A DNA stretch of 64,000 nt from a virus. This document shows positions 59,941-64,000 of the stretch, one piece after another. A model generated the notes under the pieces. That model did not search any database and was not told the DNA's origin. It saw nothing but the letters and a program-made list of their open reading frames with translations. The stretch lies in IMG/VR virus record IMGVR_UViG_3300044647_001784, positions 22,297 to 86,296 of that record. One strand, 5' to 3'. The first letter of the stretch is position 1. Each line of letters opens with the position of its first letter. The position numbers and the translations under genes were made by a program.

Positions 59941-60067
59941 GGGTGCCCCTATAGTCATTAATGGCCAGGGGTTAAATAAAGCAGAGTTCTTTTACTTTCG
60001 TTGGTGAACCTCTAGCAGCCTATGTAAAACCCCAGTTATGGAATAAGCCCCTACAGCTGGGGTTTTT
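59941..60067 (+). ncRNA. Candidate sRNA / structured 3' UTR with anti-RBS loop
   Basis: Three successive hairpins, the last terminator-like; the middle loop is TTTTACTTTCGTTGGT. Confidence 0.5.
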
Positions 60068-60246
60068 GCATGGCCCGCAAAAGACTAAGGGTAATATATT
60101 TCTTTTACGGTGTCAATATGAAATCGCCTGGAATTTTGTGATCTTGACCACATGCATACAAAATGTGGTGTGAAACACACCCAAATAGTATTCCATTTGT
60201 CAGTGGTCCAATGTATAATTATCACATATCAACGAAAGGATATAAA

Positions 60247-60981
60247 ATGCCAAATTGGGTATTTAATGGATTAACAATTGAAGGTAATCCTGAGCAAGTA
60301 AAATCTTTAATCAAGCAGATGAATAAGCCATTTGTTTATTCTATTACTGCATTAGGTGATTTATCATATGATGTCAAGCAGACTAAGTATATTAATCCTA
60401 TCTTTGCTTTTCATAATATCTATAACTATAGAGATGCTGGTATTACTGATGAGGTATATCATGGACAGCCTCCTCGTTCCACCGATTTTTCTCAGGCAAT
60501 GAAGTTTGAAACCAATGACTGGTACAACTTTAATGTGCGTGAGTGGGGAACCAAGTGGGATGTTGCTGTAGCAGAGGATAATAAGTATCCTGATACAACT
60601 ATTGAAGAAGCAGAAAATGGCGAGAACTATGTAGTTCATTACAATTTTAATACTGCATGGTCACGACCTCTTGGCGCTATTGAAAAACTATCTGCACAAT
60701 ACCCAACACTACTCTTTACTTTATCATATGAGGAAGAGACAGGTTGGGGTGGAGAAATGGAATTCCTCCGTGGTGAAGTTATCTCAGAATCAGAATACGA
60801 TAATATGTGCCGTGATTGTGATGCAACTGACCAAATGGAATACTGCGAGAATGACTGCGGTGAAATCTGTAGCAACTGCAACTGGCTTGGCGAGGCAGAC
60901 CTAGAGGCTGTCGCAATTTGTCAGACCCATAAGATATACTTAGACACTAAAGTACCCGAATATAGAAAGGCGGAAGCATAA
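60247..60981 (+). CDS. DUF1281/YubB ferredoxin-like family protein with Cys-rich tail
   Basis: 'MPNW', 'WYNFNVREWGTKWD', 'FNTAWSRP', 'YEEE'. Confidence 0.7.
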   Translation: MPNWVFNGLTIEGNPEQVKSLIKQMNKPFVYSITALGDLSYDVKQTKYINPIFAFHNIYNYRDAGITDEVYHGQPPRSTDFSQAMKFETNDWYNFNVREWGTKWDVAVAEDNKYPDTTIEEAENGENYVVHYNFNTAWSRPLGAIEKLSAQYPTLLFTLSYEEETGWGGEMEFLRGEVISESEYDNMCRDCDATDQMEYCENDCGEICSNCNWLGEADLEAVAICQTHKIYLDTKVPEYRKAEA

Positions 60982-61193
60982 TGGAAGCATTTACAGATAC
61001 AGTAGGAGAACATATCCTTGGAGCAATTCAAGTAGATATTGAGCAACATCTCTTTGAACAATGGAACAGCAAAAATTTAGATGAGGGTAGCGATTATGCT
61101 GAATATATGTTCATGCAATTTGCTCCTGATAGCCTAAAGCAATCATACAATGAGTATTATGGCTATATTGAGGGAGATGAGTTTCTATTATGA
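60981..61193 (+). CDS. Hypothetical acidic protein
   Basis: ORF track; TAATG coupling. Confidence 0.55.
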   Translation: MEAFTDTVGEHILGAIQVDIEQHLFEQWNSKNLDEGSDYAEYMFMQFAPDSLKQSYNEYYGYIEGDEFLL

Positions 61194-61505
61194 TTACATC
61201 ACAAGAACTACTTGACTATATGTATGATGACAACTTAAGTCATTTTGACGACAGAGACACATCAGATGATTGTGATTGTTATATTCACATAACACTTAAT
61301 ACTATGCTTAAATACATGGAGGCAATAGAATGTTAGGATATACTAAAACAGATATAGATGAAATGGGGAATGCTATGCATGACGCCAAGCTTTTCTATAT
61401 TCTTAAATCAGATATCGTTCGTGTTGATGAAGATCCAATTGTGGACGGGCTACTAAAAGCACAAGACTTTCTACAGGGCTTATGGGCAGAAGGGTACTTT
61501 GACTA

Positions 61506-61742
61506 ATGAAGTTTGGCGATGCTATGGTTCTTGCTCTACTTATTCAAATCCCGTTGATTCCCGTGGTTGCTTTTGTTGATTGGATTAATGCCCCTGATAA
61601 ACCAGATAAAGTAGTTTGTTATTATCAGGGAGGGTTTGGACATTTTGATGACCCAACTGTACACAAATACACAACAATTGGAAACTGTTCAATAACTCAT
61701 AAACAAAGATACTTTCTGAAAAAGGAGATAATTAATGACTAA
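61506..61742 (+). CDS. Small membrane/secreted protein
   Basis: N-terminal hydrophobic stretch. Confidence 0.5.
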   Translation: MKFGDAMVLALLIQIPLIPVVAFVDWINAPDKPDKVVCYYQGGFGHFDDPTVHKYTTIGNCSITHKQRYFLKKEIIND

Positions 61743-61944
61743 GTCATCTTATTTCCTGGAGTATATGAAGTTACATCTAATTAGTCTTAATCAAGATTGG
61801 GAAGATTCTAAAAATAGCGTACCTTTAAATGAAGATGAATATGACCCTTCAGATGATTACTATGTAGGAGCAACTGAGGCTGTTGAACATTTATTGTCAG
61901 TGGCTACTGATATAATGAATTCTTCTAACGAAAGGTATGAATAA
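61735..61944 (+). CDS. Hypothetical protein
   Basis: AGGAG RBS; contains promoter 61895. Confidence 0.55.
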   Translation: MTKSSYFLEYMKLHLISLNQDWEDSKNSVPLNEDEYDPSDDYYVGATEAVEHLLSVATDIMNSSNERYE

Positions 61945-62147
61945 TGAATATAACATCTAGAGAAGTTACTTATCGTTCCGCCGTTGAACAAATCTTTTTT
62001 GAGGACGGGACAGAATTGGTAATCACAGTCGGTGCTCCTGCCGAAGGCGGAGGAGATATCGATATTAAATATGATTGGGTAGAAGGAAAGCCTGATTGGG
62101 CAAACAACTTAAATGAATCAACACTAGTGAACTATGAGGTAATCTAA
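61944..62147 (+). CDS. Hypothetical protein
   Basis: Behind promoter 61895 with AACGAAAGG. Confidence 0.55.
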   Translation: MNITSREVTYRSAVEQIFFEDGTELVITVGAPAEGGGDIDIKYDWVEGKPDWANNLNESTLVNYEVI

Positions 62148-62419
62148 TGAATGCAGAAGACATTGGGCTCCCACCTCATTTGCAACGCATGGTCAATGCA
62201 GGTGTTAGTGGATTAGATATAATGCACGGAGAACTAAAGAATCTAATGTTAATTGCTGAGCAAGACCTAGCAAGCGCATTAGAACAGGAGGAATTGTCTG
62301 AAGAGGCAATGGATTCCATGGTCCGCACAGAATGTGAAGGGCGCCTAGACATGCTAGTAGAACTATATAATCTAACATACCAACTATCATTTGCGATTGG
62401 AGCACGGGATGAAGCCTGA
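62147..62419 (+). CDS. Hypothetical protein
   Basis: GAGG RBS; TAATG coupling. Confidence 0.55.
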   Translation: MNAEDIGLPPHLQRMVNAGVSGLDIMHGELKNLMLIAEQDLASALEQEELSEEAMDSMVRTECEGRLDMLVELYNLTYQLSFAIGARDEA

Positions 62420-62723
62420 CGATAAAGATAAACTAAACAAATGTTTAGAGATTCTAGACAGCACTGACTTAGGTCTATCATTAGTTTGGTTGTGGACATG
62501 GTCGACAATTGACAATATCTTAAATGATGACAACTACAAGGCCAAGGTAACCAAGGACCAGATGTGGGACCACCTCTGCGAGGCTGTGGAGGCTGGCCAA
62601 GGGTTCTCTTTGGAGTGGGGAGCAGAACAACATCAAGAAGAAGTTTTAGACTGGATGTTAAACAGGGACTACATCGTAGACCCCGAAGATGAAGATGAGG
62701 AGGACGAAGATGAAGATGAGTGA
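62409..62723 (+). CDS. Hypothetical protein with acidic tail
   Basis: Start at 62409; ends DPEDEDEEDEDEDE. Confidence 0.55.
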   Translation: MKPDDKDKLNKCLEILDSTDLGLSLVWLWTWSTIDNILNDDNYKAKVTKDQMWDHLCEAVEAGQGFSLEWGAEQHQEEVLDWMLNRDYIVDPEDEDEEDEDEDE

Positions 62724-62941
62724 TGACTATATTAATGATCAATTAAACAAGGCTCAACAATTGCTATGGGGTGGCAGCGAAACTGAAAACATCGAAGCCC
62801 ATAACATTATATCTAAACTAATTAAAGACAGAATAGAACAAGTTTCATAAGGGCAGAAAAAATGGTTTACGGCGACTATTTACAATTCCGTGGAAAGTTG
62901 CTATAATTAACAAAACAACTATCTCTTGAAAGGGGATTAAA

Positions 62942-63091
62942 ATGACAACAAAGCGTGAATATCTAAAGCAGCAGGGCATTACAGTTGGTGTGCGTGGGCG
63001 CTTCTCAGGAGCAGCCAAGGTAGCTCTAGCTGAGGCGGAGGCCAAGGGCGTTAAGTTTACTGCAGAGGCACCTGTCAAAAAGGCGAAGTAG
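62942..63091 (+). CDS. Lsr2-like DNA-binding-domain-only protein (49 aa)
   Basis: MTTKREYLKQQGITVGVRGRFSGAAKVAL...; own TTTACA-N17-TATAAT promoter and GAAAGGGG RBS; below the ORF-track cutoff. Confidence 0.65.
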   Translation: MTTKREYLKQQGITVGVRGRFSGAAKVALAEAEAKGVKFTAEAPVKKAK

Positions 63092-63100
63092 TTCTGGGAC

Positions 63101-63141
63101 GGGAGTCAGGGCTTCGTTGGTCCTTGACTCCCTCCTTTATT
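63101..63141 (+). terminator. Terminator hairpin with CTTCGTTGGT loop
   Basis: GGGAGTCAGGG-CTTCGTTGGT-CCTTGACTCCC followed by a T-rich tract. Confidence 0.7.
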
Positions 63142-63177
63142 TTTGGTACAATCAATAGTTAAAGAACAGGGGCGGAC

Positions 63178-63453
63178 ATGGCAAAGACATCATCAATCGA
63201 AACAAAGGCGGCAGAAAAAGTACTGGAGGCTATGGATAGTCATTGGTTTAATCCAACTATCATGGCACGGGAATTAGTCAATGGTTGTGGCTATTATACT
63301 CAATCTAAGGTAATGGAACTAGTAGTAGAAATTATCAAACAAACGGCGGGACAGTTTGATAATGCGTGGGAAGAAGGGGTTACATCAGAAGCCCTATTCA
63401 TGGCAGATAGACTAAATGACTACATTGCTAACTTTGAACCAATAGAGGCATAG
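63178..63453 (+). CDS. Hypothetical protein
   Basis: 91 aa; TGGTACAAT extended -10 upstream. Confidence 0.6.
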   Translation: MAKTSSIETKAAEKVLEAMDSHWFNPTIMARELVNGCGYYTQSKVMELVVEIIKQTAGQFDNAWEEGVTSEALFMADRLNDYIANFEPIEA

Positions 63454-63517
63454 CCAACATATAGATCAAGACCGAAAGGATATATTTATCTAAGTATTAC
63501 TCTTGATCATATAGCCC

Positions 63518-63560
63518 AAGATATCCATAGGATCTACACAGGTCCTGTGGATATCTTTTT
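63518..63560 (+). terminator. Intrinsic terminator
   Basis: AAGATATCCATAGGATC-tacaca-GGTCCTGTGGATATCTTTTT. Confidence 0.7.
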
Positions 63561-64000
63561 ATGTATGGGCATGTGGGCAAAATTATCCGTTTACGACCAA
63601 GCTTAAAAAATCGCTGGAATATTTGGCAGAATATAATAAAATGAATATAATATCTATTAAAACATATAATGAATTAGGCATAATATAGCCAGAATCTGTC
63701 AGAATTTATATCAAAATTTTATATAAAATATGTTGACAATGTGGGCCAAATATGCCTTTTACGACGCTATTGACAAATTCGCTGGAATATGCGCTATGTC
63801 TCATATAAGTCCATATGGCCCTATTGACATTACGACCATCATTATGATAAGCTCAATTACATAGTAATGTTTATCTTAGTATAACTATAGTATATGGATC
63901 TGAATCTATAGTATATATTCTCCACTATACTCCACTTTACTCCACATTAGAAGCCTTCTAGAGGCTCATACAAGGGAGATAAAGGGGAGGGGGATATAGG

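Larger units (their letters stand above)
50297..60179. promoter_or_regulatory. CRP/GlxR-type sites TGTGA-N6-TCACA
   Basis: Perfect at 50297, 50560, 51493, 52388, 54948, 56698, 58146; degenerate at 53835, 55505, 57965, 60137, 60164. Confidence 0.8.
50351..61916 (+). promoter_or_regulatory. Family of 14 TGTCAG-N10-TAnnnT promoters (PafBC / RecA-NDp type)
   Basis: TGTCAG at 50351, 50603, 51558, 52452, 53116, 53878, 54991, 55559, 55816, 56752, 58010, 58190, 60198, 61895; each has TAnnnT exactly 10 nt later. Confidence 0.9.
51445..63787 (+). repeat. Dispersed 45-bp scaffold GGGN-N11-KTTAHG-N19-YGRAA (10 copies)
   Basis: Starts at 51445, 52280, 53812, 54900, 56651, 57953, 60089, 62851, 63575, 63743; spacers counted by hand are invariant. 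Confidence 0.8.

Noticed and set aside
50300-62000. Classical integron cassette array
   Set aside because: No attC-type RYYYAAC/GTTRRRY ends recognised and no integrase in the window; repeats carry promoters.
63546-63554. DnaA-like box TGTGGATAT
   Set aside because: Forms one arm of a terminator hairpin and mismatches the consensus.
63697-63718. A fifteenth TGTCAG promoter
   Set aside because: No TAnnnT at the 10-nt spacing.
51445-63787. SigH/SigR promoters (GGAAT-N18-GTT) at the TGGAAT boxes
   Set aside because: No GTT at the required distance in the copies checked.
1-64000. Alternative genetic code (stop-codon recoding)
   Set aside because: Long genes are intact under the standard code, all three stops end genes, and no suppressor tRNA was seen.

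Overview
64-kb segment of a large, AT-rich tailed dsDNA phage (siphovirus-type morphogenesis genes), most probably infecting Actinobacteria. The host call is inferred from an Lsr2-like RGR protein, a gp88-like protein and actinobacterial regulatory motifs; freshwater acI-type hosts are plausible but unproven. 1-42.4 kb (- strand): portal, prohead protease, major capsid, head-tail and tail genes, a -1 frameshifted tail chaperone, a 3692-aa modular tape measure protein, many fibre/adhesin genes, and five 2OG-Fe(II) oxygenase genes directly downstream of a protein ending in (FFAPPx)n repeats. 42.5-50 kb: class II ribonucleotide reductase, lysozyme-like protein, further oxygenase/modification genes, a parS-like site and tRNA-Ile(UAU). 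50.3-64 kb (+ strand): dozens of short ORFs and tRNA-Asp. The main observation is the regulatory architecture of this last region. It has 14 exact TGTCAG-N10-TAnnnT promoters (the actinobacterial PafBC / RecA-NDp DNA-damage promoter), helically phased CRP-type sites, DnaA boxes and GACAC (WhiA-type) boxes. Many of these sites sit inside a fixed-spacing 45-bp scaffold repeated 10 times. A candidate small RNA has a hairpin loop complementary to the ribosome-binding leader shared by these genes. All family assignments come from motif recognition by eye; no searches were run.
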